Below, piece after piece: positions 9,222 to 19,256 of a stretch of DNA of 64,000 nt. Within the stretch, counting starts at the first letter, position 1, and each line of letters starts with the position of its first letter. The notes beneath the pieces were generated by a model. The model had not been told where the DNA came from and made no database searches. It was given only the letters and a program-made list of their open reading frames with translations. Source of the DNA: Verrucomicrobiota bacterium (GTDB lineage: Bacteria > Verrucomicrobiota > Verrucomicrobiia > Limisphaerales > AAA164-E04); NCBI GenBank assembly GCA_047947115.1, contig CP170459.1, forward strand, positions 2,720,001 to 2,784,000, written 5' to 3'. The translations under genes and the position numbers were made by a program.

Positions 9222-9923
9222 ATGAAAAAATCACTTGGACGTGGATTGTCACAGTTGATGCGGGAGAACGCGCCGGAGGAGACGGTATCCAAGCTCTCAA
9301 GAGCGGCGTCTGCGCCTGAAGGCGGTCCCTCAGAGCGCCGCTCAGGTGTGTCCCGATTGATGCAGGGGCGTGATGAAACCAGACCTTCAAAACCGGAACC
9401 CATCCATCACGAAAATCCGTTCCAATCCTCTGAGAGTCGCCAGACCGAATTTTCAGTGCGCAGGGTACCTGACTGGATTTTTTACCTGGGAGATCTGGTG
9501 CTGCTTTCTGCCGTGGTCTGGATGGTAATTCTCAACCCTACCGCCCCTACCTGGGTTGAGTGGACTACCAGTTTGCTATTGACGATTGTTGCCGCCTTGA
9601 TGGGGATCTATCCGTGGGCCAGAAACGTCCTGGGAAATGACTCGATCAATCAGGGAGATGAAGTTCCCCAATGGAGTCTTGCTCACAAGTTGCTGCCGGA
9701 TGGCACTGAAAAAGTTTATGTGATTCATCTTCACGAACCTTTCACAGCTGTGGAAATTACCGAAACAACATGGAGTGGCGTTCAACCCAAACCTATCTGG
9801 TTGTCCGGTGCTCCGGATATTTCACCTGAGCATATGAAACGCCTGCTGCTGGGAGCTGCTGAATACTATAAGCAACAGTGCTCCAAGAACGATAGCCATA
9901 ACTCGGCTGTCAGTGCAGCCTGA
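9222..9923 (+). CDS. Hypothetical two-TM membrane protein with a ParB-like N-terminal peptide
   Basis: MKKSLGRGLSQLM N-terminus, low-complexity linker, two hydrophobic helices and a soluble C-terminal domain. Confidence 0.75.
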   Translation: MKKSLGRGLSQLMRENAPEETVSKLSRAASAPEGGPSERRSGVSRLMQGRDETRPSKPEPIHHENPFQSSESRQTEFSVRRVPDWIFYLGDLVLLSAVVWMVILNPTAPTWVEWTTSLLLTIVAALMGIYPWARNVLGNDSINQGDEVPQWSLAHKLLPDGTEKVYVIHLHEPFTAVEITETTWSGVQPKPIWLSGAPDISPEHMKRLLLGAAEYYKQQCSKNDSHNSAVSAA

Positions 9924-10138
9924 TCTTTCTTCCCCAAACAAAGTTAGTTAGGGGGCTGCAGCGGAGCTGATCGCTTTCGAGTCCCTGACAAACATCCTCA
10001 AACAATCCCAAGGGTGTCCGTATCGAGCGGCCGTGCATCACCTCAAAAAGTGTCAATAGTAGGGACTGACCCCCAAGAGGTACGGGGGGAGCTGCGGATT
10101 TCTTCTAATAGTTTGCGGCTTTTGGGTGTCCATGATGT

Positions 10139-13100
10139 ATGATGCATCGCATGTGCAGGTTTATTGGAACGTGTTTTCTTTTGGTTGTTTTTTCGCTGAG
10201 TGGTCATGCTCAGAAAAATCCGTGGGATGAGGTCCAGTTTCAAAAGGCAGAGCGCTTGTTCGGCGAGGGCTCTTATCAACTTGCATGGGAGGCATATCAG
10301 CGCATTTCTGAGGCTGATCTTGACGGTCAATCGGATGCGTTTTTTTGGCTGAAGTTCCGTCTTCTGGATGCCAAATGGAGGGCTGAAAGCGGATCTCGTC
10401 CCAATGATTCCGGTCAAACAGATGACATATGGGGAGATTTGGAACGTTTGATTTCGGATCGAGACCCTCGGACCGAGCCGGGTGAATTGGACGCCATCCT
10501 GATGGAGTCTGCGGGGGATTTTTGGTGGATCTCCCGTTTCAGGCGTGATTGGGCCAGAGCTTGGACTTATTACGAAAAGGCACTGGATATTTGGGCGCGA
10601 TCTCCGGACGTTTCTCATGCCAGAGATGAATATCTATCCATCATCTGGAAAGCCTCTCGTCCGGACGATGCCAATCGCTTCTACAGTTATGGGGGGTATG
10701 GAAACATCATTCCGGTGGAGGCGTTGGAGAATGCTGTTCGCATTGCAGAATCGCCTGAGGACATTGCTCACGCCCATTACCTCCTGGCCAGGTCACTTCA
10801 ATCGACGTACGGGCTTTCCGAGTTCACGTACGAAAGGACCCAGCGCGCATTTCAGCAGGCAACTTCCGGGCATGAAAAACATGCGTGGCTGGATGATGCG
10901 CTTGCTCAATATGCCCAGTGGCTTTCGCATCAGGGCAAACCTGTCAGGGAGGCCAGTGGTCAATGGTCGTTTCATTCCGATTTTCCGGCAGCGGTGAAGG
11001 TTTGGGAAAAACTGCTGGATTTGTATGAAAGGGAAGAAACGCGTTACCACAGTGATGCGGTCAGCCAGATCCGCGACATTACTGAAGCCCGTTTGGATTT
11101 GAACGTGGATGACGCTTTTGTTCCCGGATCCAACATTCGTTTTTATGCGAACTGGCGCAACATTAAGGAATTTCGATTGAAGTTGTATCCAATCGATTTG
11201 GTAAAAGATATTCAACTGACGGATGGTGAACTTGGCCCCGATGAATGCATGCAATCGGTTCAAATCGCGGGACGAGAAGCTGTCCTGGAAAAAAGCATCA
11301 CCACCGAAGACACAGGGCAACATGAGCCTGGATCTCGGGAAATCGTTCTCGAGGATTCTCTCAAGGAAGGGGCGTATCTCGCGGTGTCCTATGCCGACGG
11401 CGCTGAGGAACACAGGGAATTGGTTTTGGTCAGCCACTTGTCAGTCGTGGCAAAAGCATTCAGCAATCGCATGCTCATTTGGGTGTGCGATGCCAGGAAC
11501 GGGCTCCCGATTGCCAACGCGGAAGTCAAACTATGGAAGCGATATCGGGAAGATCGAAAACGCTTTTGGGAGGGGATGACCCGCATGACGGATGATCAGG
11601 GTCTGGTTGTGGTGGATCTGCAGGACATGACTTCGCACGAATGGTTGGTCAGCGCACGACATGAGCAGCAGCAAAACCTCACCATGTGCCGGACCACTGG
11701 GTATCGGGTGGGGGCTCAACAGTGGAAAGTTTATGCGTATACGGATCGGCCTGCTTATCGGCCTGAGGATTTGGTCCACTGGAAAACGATCATAAGATCT
11801 CGTTCAGAGGATGGTTATTCCACCCCGAGAGGGTATGATTGCAAAGTCAGGATTTATGACCCCAAAAATGCCGTGATCTTGGAAGAAGAGGTCACATTGA
11901 ACGATTTTGGATCTGCGCAAGGCGAATGGAAACCGTCCAAGGAAGCCGCGTTGGGGATGTATCGCATATCATTTTTGAACGGGGAAAACAAACAGATAGG
12001 GAGCGCGGATTTGTTCCGTTTGGAAGAATACAAACGTCCCGAAATGAAACTTTCCATAGGCTGGCCTGAGACCGTGAACAATCAAGAAGCACCCGTGTCC
12101 AGACCCGGGGATCGCATCAAGTTGGAAGTGACAGCAGGGTATTATTTTGGAGGTCCTGTGGTCAATGGCGAGGCAGAAGTACGTGTTTATCGCAGGCCTC
12201 ATTATTTCTCGTTTCCCGTTCAACGTCCCTATGCTTGGCTATATGAAGACTTCAACGCAATCGGGGAAAGAAATCAACGCAGCTATTGGCGGCGGAGCGA
12301 GACACTGGATCATGAATTGACGGCCAAAACAGACGCCAAAGGAAAGGCTGTCATTGAGTTTGAAAGCTCCGATGATTTGTCGAGCGACATGAACTATCGT
12401 GTCGAAGTGCGTTTAACGGACAGTTCCCGTCGGGAAGTGGTCGCCGAACACGAAGTGCGAGTATCACGTCAGGGGCATTTTGTTCAAACCAAGTTGGACC
12501 GCAAACTGGTGCAACCGGGGGAAAAGGCCACGTTCCATTTCGAGGTTCTGGATGTGAATGAACGTCCTCTCCAAATGGAAGGGGATATTAAAATCATACG
12601 CAAACGATGGCGCGAGGTTTGGTTGAATCCTGAAGGATTGGAATTGGAGGGTGCCGCTCTTGAGCGAGTGCGCCAAACACATTCCGTTTTTCCTCCGCCG
12701 TTGTCCCGACCAGACCAGCGTCCGTGGCGGTTGAAAGAAAAGGGCTACGCTCCGGAAGTCGTTATGGAACGAACCATCACCACCGATGGCCGGGGACAAG
12801 CCGAACTGACCTTTACACCTGCGCAGTCCGGATATTACACCGCACTTTGGACGAGTGAGGACAAGCGCCCGGGAGGTTTGGCCGGACCGGGTAAGGAAAT
12901 CAGGTCCGAGACCGATCTGTGGGTGCGAGGCGCAGGGGACGACGCAATGGGCTATCATAGTGAGAGTGTGGAAATCATCATCGATAAGGACACCTTCAAG
13001 TCTGGCGAAACAGCTCCGGTCATGTTGACCGTGCCCACCCATGATCGATGGGTGCTGTTAACCCTGGCAGCCGAAAGCATGATCGAGCATCATGTGATTC

Positions 13101-16100
13101 ACGTGGAAGGAACGACGCGGATGGTCCCCATTGAAATCCATGCCGCCCACGTCCCGAATTTTTACATTCAGGCGGTGATGGTGGGGGATTATCGAGTTAG
13201 CACGGATCAGGAGCAAGTGACGGTTCCTCCGGTTCAGGAATTTCTGAATGTGAATGTGAGGCCAGACAAAACCGATTACCGGCCACGTGAAAAAGCCGTG
13301 GTGGACATTCAGGTCACCAACAACGAAGGACAACCTGTCGAAGGCGAAATATCACTGGCTGTGTTCGACGAATCCGTAACCTACATTCAGCAGGACATTG
13401 CCGGAGATCCACGTTCATACTTTTATGGAGACACTCGCAGGTTGATCTCAGAGGAAAGGGGGCCGTGGCGTGGTTTTGTGAACTTGAAATTGCTCAAGGA
13501 TGGTCGAGTGATGTCGGAGGAAGAGTTAAGGCGATATCGCGAAATGGGGGTTGATCCGGAGAACCTCGAAAAGGACTTGAGTTTCTTTTGGGATCAAATG
13601 AATGCTCGAAAAGATTTGGGTTTTCCCGTGTTTGGAGGAGTTTCCGGATTTGGAGGGGGCGGTTATGGTGGGATGATGGAGGAATCACAATTAGAGCCCC
13701 TGACTGGCCTTCCACAAGCCTCACAAATGATGCGTCGGTATGGGCTCGTGCCAAGTGAGCGAGGCTCTATGGCTGGTGGGACTGCTCCTGGATTGATGGC
13801 TTTTGATGCGGCTCTTCCCAAGGCGATGGCTTCATTGGCTGAATCTTCGAGCGACCAGGTCGATGTCGTCGTTCGCAATGACTTGCGAGCCACTGCGTTT
13901 TGGGAACCCTCCATCCAGACCGATCATGAAGGAAACGGACGTTTCGAATTCGAAATGCCCGACACATTGACCACATGGAAACTGGATGCCAGAGCCGTAA
14001 CACAGGAAACCAAGGTCGGAAAGGGAGAAGCAAGCGTGGGCACCCGGCATCCCCTGGTTGTCCGATTGCAGCATCCAAGGTTTCTGGTGATAGGAGATCA
14101 GGCAGTGTTTTCCACGATCGTCAACAACCAGACCAATGCCGATATTCGGGCAAAAGTCACTCTTGAAACCGAAAACATCATCTGGGCTGAAACCATTGAA
14201 ACTCCCGGCGTGATCACCGTTCCCGCGCACGGGGAATACCATATCGACTGGCCCGGCGCTCTGGCTGTGGAGACAGGGGACATAAAGCTCCATGCCACAG
14301 TGAAGAGTGATGCCTACGCAGACGCCGTGGAAATGACCCTGCCCGCATATGAACATGGTATCGAGCAGTTCCTCGCCTGGACCGGGAAGAGTTCCGAATC
14401 CGAGGTTCAAATTCCGGTGCAGCTGCCGGGTAAAAGAAAAAAGGGGACCACTGAATTGGTCGTGCAAGTTTCACCCAGCCTTGCGGTGACCATGCTGGAT
14501 GCCGTGCCCTATCTGATCGATTATCCATACGGTTGCACCGAACAGACCTTGAGCCGATTCCTGCCCGCGATCGTTGTGCGAAAAACCTTGGCGGATTTGG
14601 GGCTGCCCGTAGATGCGATCGAAGCAGGGAAATTCGGCGGGGTGGATCCTGCTCATGTGCGAGCCACGCATCGATCGGGTTACGAAGCTTTGACGAACAT
14701 CGACAAGGTGGCAGAAGAAGGTTTGAAGCGTTTGAAGGATCTGCAGCATGCCGATGGAGGGTGGTCATGGTGGGAGAGTGGGGATGCGGATTTGTTCATG
14801 AGCGCTTACGTGGTGTGGGGATTAAGTTTGGCCAAGAAATCCGGACTGGAGTTTGATCGGGACCTGCTGATTCGCGGGCGCAATTTTCTGGCAACCCAAA
14901 TCGTTCGGTCGGAAACCATGCCCGATTTGCAGGCCTGGTTGTTGCATGCAATACACAGTGTGGGCGTGCGAGGTCTGGATGACAAACCGCGTCGGGCGGT
15001 CGAAGCGGCTTGGGACAATGCCTGGGGAAAACGGGATTCACTGAACGCTTATTCACGGGCCTTGTTGGCCTTGGCGGCTCACGATGCAGGGATGGCAGAT
15101 GAGGCCGAAACATTGGTCCGCAATCTGGAAAATGCTGTGGTTCACACTGAAGCCTCTGCTCCCTCCCAACTCCAATCAGGAACCTTGTCGGGTGGTTCAG
15201 GTGCCACCGCGCATTGGGGAGAGGACGGCATCTATCATCGTTGGTCCGATGGCGGGGTTGAGGCGACATCCGTAGCCTTGCGGGCTCTGCTTGTGATTGA
15301 TCCGGACAACGCTCTGATTGAACCGGTGGTTCGCTGGCTGATTCAAAACCGACGCGGGGCTCACTGGTCCAACACACGCGACACCGCGATGACCTTGCTT
15401 GCTCTTAATGATTATCTCAAGATCAGTGGTGAATTGGAATCCGAATTGCAGTATGAAATCCATGCCGGGGACAAACTGGTTGCGACCGAACGCGTGACAC
15501 CCGAAAACTTGTTCAAAGCGCCCAGCCGTTTTGTGATTCCCAACGATTTGGTGAATGATTCGACATCGATTCGAATTGTGAAAACGGATGGTGACGCTCC
15601 GGTTTATTACGCGGTGGAGGCCTCATGGTTCAGCTTGGCGGAACCCGTTCCAGCAGCCGGAAATCACTTGTTCGTTCGCAGGGATTACTTTCGGTTGAAA
15701 GAAACACCTACACTGCTCAAAGGAACGACCCTTGAGCGCGTCCCGATTGGGGAAGGGGAAGCCCTTGTCAGCGGCGATCGAGTTGAAGTGGTCCTGACCG
15801 TGGAGACCCGCAATCATTATGAGTATTTGTTGTTTGAAGATTTCAAACCTGCGGGATTGGAAGCGGTCGAGCTTCAAAGCGGCGGACTTGCATCGATGCG
15901 CCAATTGTCACGGCGAAGTATTGATCAAATGAAAGCCGAAGGTACGCCTTCCTTGACTGCAGATCGTTCCTGGAGATTTACAGGGCGACAACAGCGTGCG
16001 CATCAGGAATGGCGAGATCGCAAGGTCGCCCTGTTTGTGGATCGTTTGAGCGAGGGTGTTTGGGAAATGCGATATACCTTGCGTGCGGAAGTTCCCGGTC

Positions 16101-16231
16101 AATTTCACGCGCTGCCGGCGATGGGACATGCCATGTACATCCCCGAGATTCGAGGGAACAGTGAAGAACAGCTTTTTGAAATGGTGAAAGATCGGTCCTT
16201 ACAGGGTTTTGAATTGAATGCCCAGGAATAA
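10139..16231 (+). CDS. Bacterial alpha-2-macroglobulin family protein
   Basis: Signal peptide, MG2 motif YTDRPAYRP, TAFWEP and MPDTLTTW, thioester motif YPYGCTEQ, QHADGGWSWW, C-terminal receptor-binding-like domain. Confidence 0.95.
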   Translation: MMHRMCRFIGTCFLLVVFSLSGHAQKNPWDEVQFQKAERLFGEGSYQLAWEAYQRISEADLDGQSDAFFWLKFRLLDAKWRAESGSRPNDSGQTDDIWGDLERLISDRDPRTEPGELDAILMESAGDFWWISRFRRDWARAWTYYEKALDIWARSPDVSHARDEYLSIIWKASRPDDANRFYSYGGYGNIIPVEALENAVRIAESPEDIAHAHYLLARSLQSTYGLSEFTYERTQRAFQQATSGHEKHAWLDDALAQYAQWLSHQGKPVREASGQWSFHSDFPAAVKVWEKLLDLYEREETRYHSDAVSQIRDITEARLDLNVDDAFVPGSNIRFYANWRNIKEFRLKLYPIDLVKDIQLTDGELGPDECMQSVQIAGREAVLEKSITTEDTGQHEPGSREIVLEDSLKEGAYLAVSYADGAEEHRELVLVSHLSVVAKAFSNRMLIWVCDARNGLPIANAEVKLWKRYREDRKRFWEGMTRMTDDQGLVVVDLQDMTSHEWLVSARHEQQQNLTMCRTTGYRVGAQQWKVYAYTDRPAYRPEDLVHWKTIIRSRSEDGYSTPRGYDCKVRIYDPKNAVILEEEVTLNDFGSAQGEWKPSKEAALGMYRISFLNGENKQIGSADLFRLEEYKRPEMKLSIGWPETVNNQEAPVSRPGDRIKLEVTAGYYFGGPVVNGEAEVRVYRRPHYFSFPVQRPYAWLYEDFNAIGERNQRSYWRRSETLDHELTAKTDAKGKAVIEFESSDDLSSDMNYRVEVRLTDSSRREVVAEHEVRVSRQGHFVQTKLDRKLVQPGEKATFHFEVLDVNERPLQMEGDIKIIRKRWREVWLNPEGLELEGAALERVRQTHSVFPPPLSRPDQRPWRLKEKGYAPEVVMERTITTDGRGQAELTFTPAQSGYYTALWTSEDKRPGGLAGPGKEIRSETDLWVRGAGDDAMGYHSESVEIIIDKDTFKSGETAPVMLTVPTHDRWVLLTLAAESMIEHHVIHVEGTTRMVPIEIHAAHVPNFYIQAVMVGDYRVSTDQEQVTVPPVQEFLNVNVRPDKTDYRPREKAVVDIQVTNNEGQPVEGEISLAVFDESVTYIQQDIAGDPRSYFYGDTRRLISEERGPWRGFVNLKLLKDGRVMSEEELRRYREMGVDPENLEKDLSFFWDQMNARKDLGFPVFGGVSGFGGGGYGGMMEESQLEPLTGLPQASQMMRRYGLVPSERGSMAGGTAPGLMAFDAALPKAMASLAESSSDQVDVVVRNDLRATAFWEPSIQTDHEGNGRFEFEMPDTLTTWKLDARAVTQETKVGKGEASVGTRHPLVVRLQHPRFLVIGDQAVFSTIVNNQTNADIRAKVTLETENIIWAETIETPGVITVPAHGEYHIDWPGALAVETGDIKLHATVKSDAYADAVEMTLPAYEHGIEQFLAWTGKSSESEVQIPVQLPGKRKKGTTELVVQVSPSLAVTMLDAVPYLIDYPYGCTEQTLSRFLPAIVVRKTLADLGLPVDAIEAGKFGGVDPAHVRATHRSGYEALTNIDKVAEEGLKRLKDLQHADGGWSWWESGDADLFMSAYVVWGLSLAKKSGLEFDRDLLIRGRNFLATQIVRSETMPDLQAWLLHAIHSVGVRGLDDKPRRAVEAAWDNAWGKRDSLNAYSRALLALAAHDAGMADEAETLVRNLENAVVHTEASAPSQLQSGTLSGGSGATAHWGEDGIYHRWSDGGVEATSVALRALLVIDPDNALIEPVVRWLIQNRRGAHWSNTRDTAMTLLALNDYLKISGELESELQYEIHAGDKLVATERVTPENLFKAPSRFVIPNDLVNDSTSIRIVKTDGDAPVYYAVEASWFSLAEPVPAAGNHLFVRRDYFRLKETPTLLKGTTLERVPIGEGEALVSGDRVEVVLTVETRNHYEYLLFEDFKPAGLEAVELQSGGLASMRQLSRRSIDQMKAEGTPSLTADRSWRFTGRQQRAHQEWRDRKVALFVDRLSEGVWEMRYTLRAEVPGQFHALPAMGHAMYIPEIRGNSEEQLFEMVKDRSLQGFELNAQE

Positions 16232-16426
16232 TGTCATCATTACCATTCCGAATATTACCATGGCAGTTAGCCCCCATAAGAGCATGTTGACACATTTCTC
16301 GGTGAGTGGTTGATTCGGATCGCGGATTGTTTCCCAGTCTTCGCGCCAGCGTGGAATCATTTCACGGCACCAGGCAAAGCCCAATCCACAGAGCGCTATG
16401 ACCATCAGGAATGCCACTCGAGACAT
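16199..16426 (-). CDS. Small two-TM hypothetical protein
   Basis: 75 aa with two hydrophobic segments and a GGAGA RBS-like sequence upstream; overlaps the 3' end of the macroglobulin gene by 33 nt. Confidence 0.55.
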   Translation of the reverse strand: MSRVAFLMVIALCGLGFAWCREMIPRWREDWETIRDPNQPLTEKCVNMLLWGLTAMVIFGMVMMTLFLGIQFKTL

Positions 16427-16479
16427 GGTGTCTTCTCCATTTTTGTCTTCGCTATGTGAGGAGGATCAAACATCGATCT

Positions 16480-17823
16480 TCAAACCGGATAAATCCAAGG
16501 CTTTCGATAATCTCTGCGGACCATCCCATTCGCTTCCACGTCTCCGGGGATGGTTTCTTTGTCGCCGTCCCAGTTAATGCTGCGTCCCAGTTTGTGGGAG
16601 ATCATGCCCAGCATGGGGAGGACGCTGGATCGGTGGGCGACTTGGATGTTGGCAACGGTCGTTCCTCCATTGTCCGCTGCGTTAAGAAAGTCGTTCCACA
16701 AAGGTGTGATGTTGTGGCCATCTTGTTCATTGTCAAATTTCGGATCTTCGTGAACGATCGGGTCGCTGTCGTTCTTTGGGTGAAAGGTCCAGCCATCGCG
16801 CCAACCCATGTGGAACACGCCGCTGGTTCCGTAAAAGTAGGCGCCAATGCGATGTTTCTCCTGGTTGCTGCCCGCGTATTTTCGGTGCTCCCAGATGGCG
16901 GTGAAGTTCTCGAATGCGTAGGTTACCGTTTGGGTGTCCGGTGCATCCGTGGTGGAGCCGTCTTGATCATTGAATACGACGGGCCCCAGGATCGGGCGTC
17001 CACCGGTTGAGTAAACGCTCTTCGGATGTTGTTCATCCGTCCACCAGAGCAATTGGTCCAGCCAATGCACTCCCCAGTCCCCGAGGGTTCCATTGGCGTA
17101 ATCCAGAAAGTTTCGCCAACCACCCGGAGTCAATTTGCGACAATAGGGCCGATAAGGGGCAGGACCGCACCACGTGTCCCAATCCATGCCTGAAGGGGCT
17201 TTGCTATGGGGGGTGGGGGATTCCGGTCCGTTGCCTCCGCCACTGACGAAGAGTTTGACCATGCCGATTCTTCCTACTTTGCCGGATTTCAGAAACGCCA
17301 TACCGGATAGGTGATGCGGGCCGATGCGTCGATGCAATCCTACTTGGACCGAACGTCCGGCGGCTTCTGCGGCGTTCAGCATGCAGCGGCTTTCCCCGAT
17401 GGTATGCGCCGTGGGCTTTTCGACATAGACATGGGCTCCTGATTTAAGTGCCTCAATCGCCGGCAAGGCATGCCAATGGTCCGGAGTGGCGATGATAACG
17501 ATTTCGGGTCGTTCCTTTTTGATGAGTTCCCGGTAGTCTTTGTAGAGATTGGGTTTGTCACCCGTCAATTGATCAACCTCATCCTGTGATGCCAGCATGG
17601 GGCGTTCATAGACATCACACAACCCCACCACCTTCGCCCGTCCGGCGCTCATGGCTTCGCGCAGGATGTTCATGCCCCACCAACCACACCCGATCAATGC
17701 CGTACGGTAGCGGATCGGCGGCGCTGATTTGATATAGGGCATGGCTCCAAGGAACAGTCCGGCACTTAATCCTTGGTGCAGGAACTGGCGGCGACTGGAG
17801 CTTTTGAATGCTTGTTTCTTCAT
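16480..17823 (-). CDS. Gfo/Idh/MocA oxidoreductase with Tat signal
   Basis: SRRQFL, IGCGWWG, ATPDHWH, VEKP and DWGVHWLD motifs. Confidence 0.93.
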   Translation of the reverse strand: MKKQAFKSSSRRQFLHQGLSAGLFLGAMPYIKSAPPIRYRTALIGCGWWGMNILREAMSAGRAKVVGLCDVYERPMLASQDEVDQLTGDKPNLYKDYRELIKKERPEIVIIATPDHWHALPAIEALKSGAHVYVEKPTAHTIGESRCMLNAAEAAGRSVQVGLHRRIGPHHLSGMAFLKSGKVGRIGMVKLFVSGGGNGPESPTPHSKAPSGMDWDTWCGPAPYRPYCRKLTPGGWRNFLDYANGTLGDWGVHWLDQLLWWTDEQHPKSVYSTGGRPILGPVVFNDQDGSTTDAPDTQTVTYAFENFTAIWEHRKYAGSNQEKHRIGAYFYGTSGVFHMGWRDGWTFHPKNDSDPIVHEDPKFDNEQDGHNITPLWNDFLNAADNGGTTVANIQVAHRSSVLPMLGMISHKLGRSINWDGDKETIPGDVEANGMVRRDYRKPWIYPV

Positions 17824-17855
17824 GGGTTGCTTGGAAAGTGGAGGCTAATTGGTGC

Positions 17856-19070
17856 TCAAGAGCGAAGGTCCAGACAGATGAGTCGCCCTCTGGAATTGCG
17901 CAGGTAAACCAGGCCGTTTGACAACACTGGAACGGTCCAGCATTTGCCGTCCAATACATTTGCGCGTGCCGTGGGGTGGAATCCTTCGGGGGAAGCCTTG
18001 GCCACGATCAGTTCGCCTTTGTCGCTGATGACAATGAGCTGGTCGCCGGCGGCTGTCAGCGCGCCATACCTCAGTTCTTCCGCTTCCCAGACAACGTTGC
18101 CCGTCTTGAAATCCACACATTTCAGAGGAGATTTTTTTCCGGCATCGCCATCGAAACCATAGAGATGATCACCGATCAAAACAGGAGGATTTTGCTGGGA
18201 CTTCAGGTCGCTGTTTGTCCATACTTCGCTGGCATTGCTTCCATCCATGTTGAAAAGTCCGTTTCCTTTACCATATCCGGAACCGATCCAGACTTGCTCA
18301 CCCACTACAATGGGATCGGCCGCGTTGACGCCATAACGCGTGGGCCAGGAGATTTCCCAGGTTTTCTCTCCGGTGGCGGCTTCGGCTGCCAGGAAGCCTT
18401 TCCCGGAACTCAGAGCCACGAAATGTTTGCCGTCCAGGCTGAACGGCAGGGGAGTGGAATACCCGGCTTCTTCATCATTGGAACGCCAGATTGTCTTTCC
18501 TGAAGTCTTGTCCACCGCCATCCCGCCGCCGCCCACATTCAGGATCAGCATGTTGCCATGGACGAGCGGTGATCCGTTGAAACCCCAATCGGGCAGTCGC
18601 AATCCTTCTTCCTTTTCCAGCTGGCGTTGCCAGATGATATTTCCATCCGCCGCATTCAAACAGAACAGATCGCCCCACTTGCCCAAAGCATATACCTGCT
18701 CCCCATCGACGGTGGGAGTGGAGCCGGGACCTCCTTCGTAGAATTTGGAACCGATGTCGCTTGCGTAGCTATGTGTCCAGATGGTTTTACCGTTTGTTGC
18801 GTCGAATGCGTACACCGTATCCTTTTTGTCTTCGTTTCCCAAAGTAAAGACACGGCCGTTCGCAACACTCACCGAGGAAAACCCGGTGCCGACCGCTGCT
18901 TCCCAGAGTTTGGCGGGACCGGATTCCGGCCAGTTGATTTTCCAGTCGGTTTCCGAGGAAATGCCGTCGTGATTCGGACCGCGGAACATGGGCCAATCCG
19001 AAGCTTTGATCGGTGGGTGTAAGCTGACGATGACGCACGTGGCGCAGAGAGACAGGATGTGATGTTTCAT
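17856..19070 (-). CDS. PQQ-binding-like beta-propeller protein (BamB-like)
   Basis: Signal peptide, DWPMFRGP, repeated A.DG..IW blades and STP/SP motifs. Start set at ATG 19070. Confidence 0.9.
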   Translation of the reverse strand: MKHHILSLCATCVIVSLHPPIKASDWPMFRGPNHDGISSETDWKINWPESGPAKLWEAAVGTGFSSVSVANGRVFTLGNEDKKDTVYAFDATNGKTIWTHSYASDIGSKFYEGGPGSTPTVDGEQVYALGKWGDLFCLNAADGNIIWQRQLEKEEGLRLPDWGFNGSPLVHGNMLILNVGGGGMAVDKTSGKTIWRSNDEEAGYSTPLPFSLDGKHFVALSSGKGFLAAEAATGEKTWEISWPTRYGVNAADPIVVGEQVWIGSGYGKGNGLFNMDGSNASEVWTNSDLKSQQNPPVLIGDHLYGFDGDAGKKSPLKCVDFKTGNVVWEAEELRYGALTAAGDQLIVISDKGELIVAKASPEGFHPTARANVLDGKCWTVPVLSNGLVYLRNSRGRLICLDLRS

Positions 19071-19256
19071 GATAAGAAGCTTCCACTTATACACAAAAGA
19101 AGGATTGGTCTTCAAGTCTGGGCTCATGGAATTCTACGCATGAGGGCGAAGCAGGCATTGAATAAGTATTGACAAACAACCCGGTCACCTGTCTTAATCC
19201 CCACCGTTATTAAAAGAACCAAACCGACATTAATCTAGACAAAACCTTTAACGATT

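Noticed and set aside
9002..9403. 134-codon N-terminal extension of the Gfo/Idh/MocA ORF
   Set aside because: It overlaps the opposite-strand 9222 gene, and the Tat signal indicates a start at 9001.
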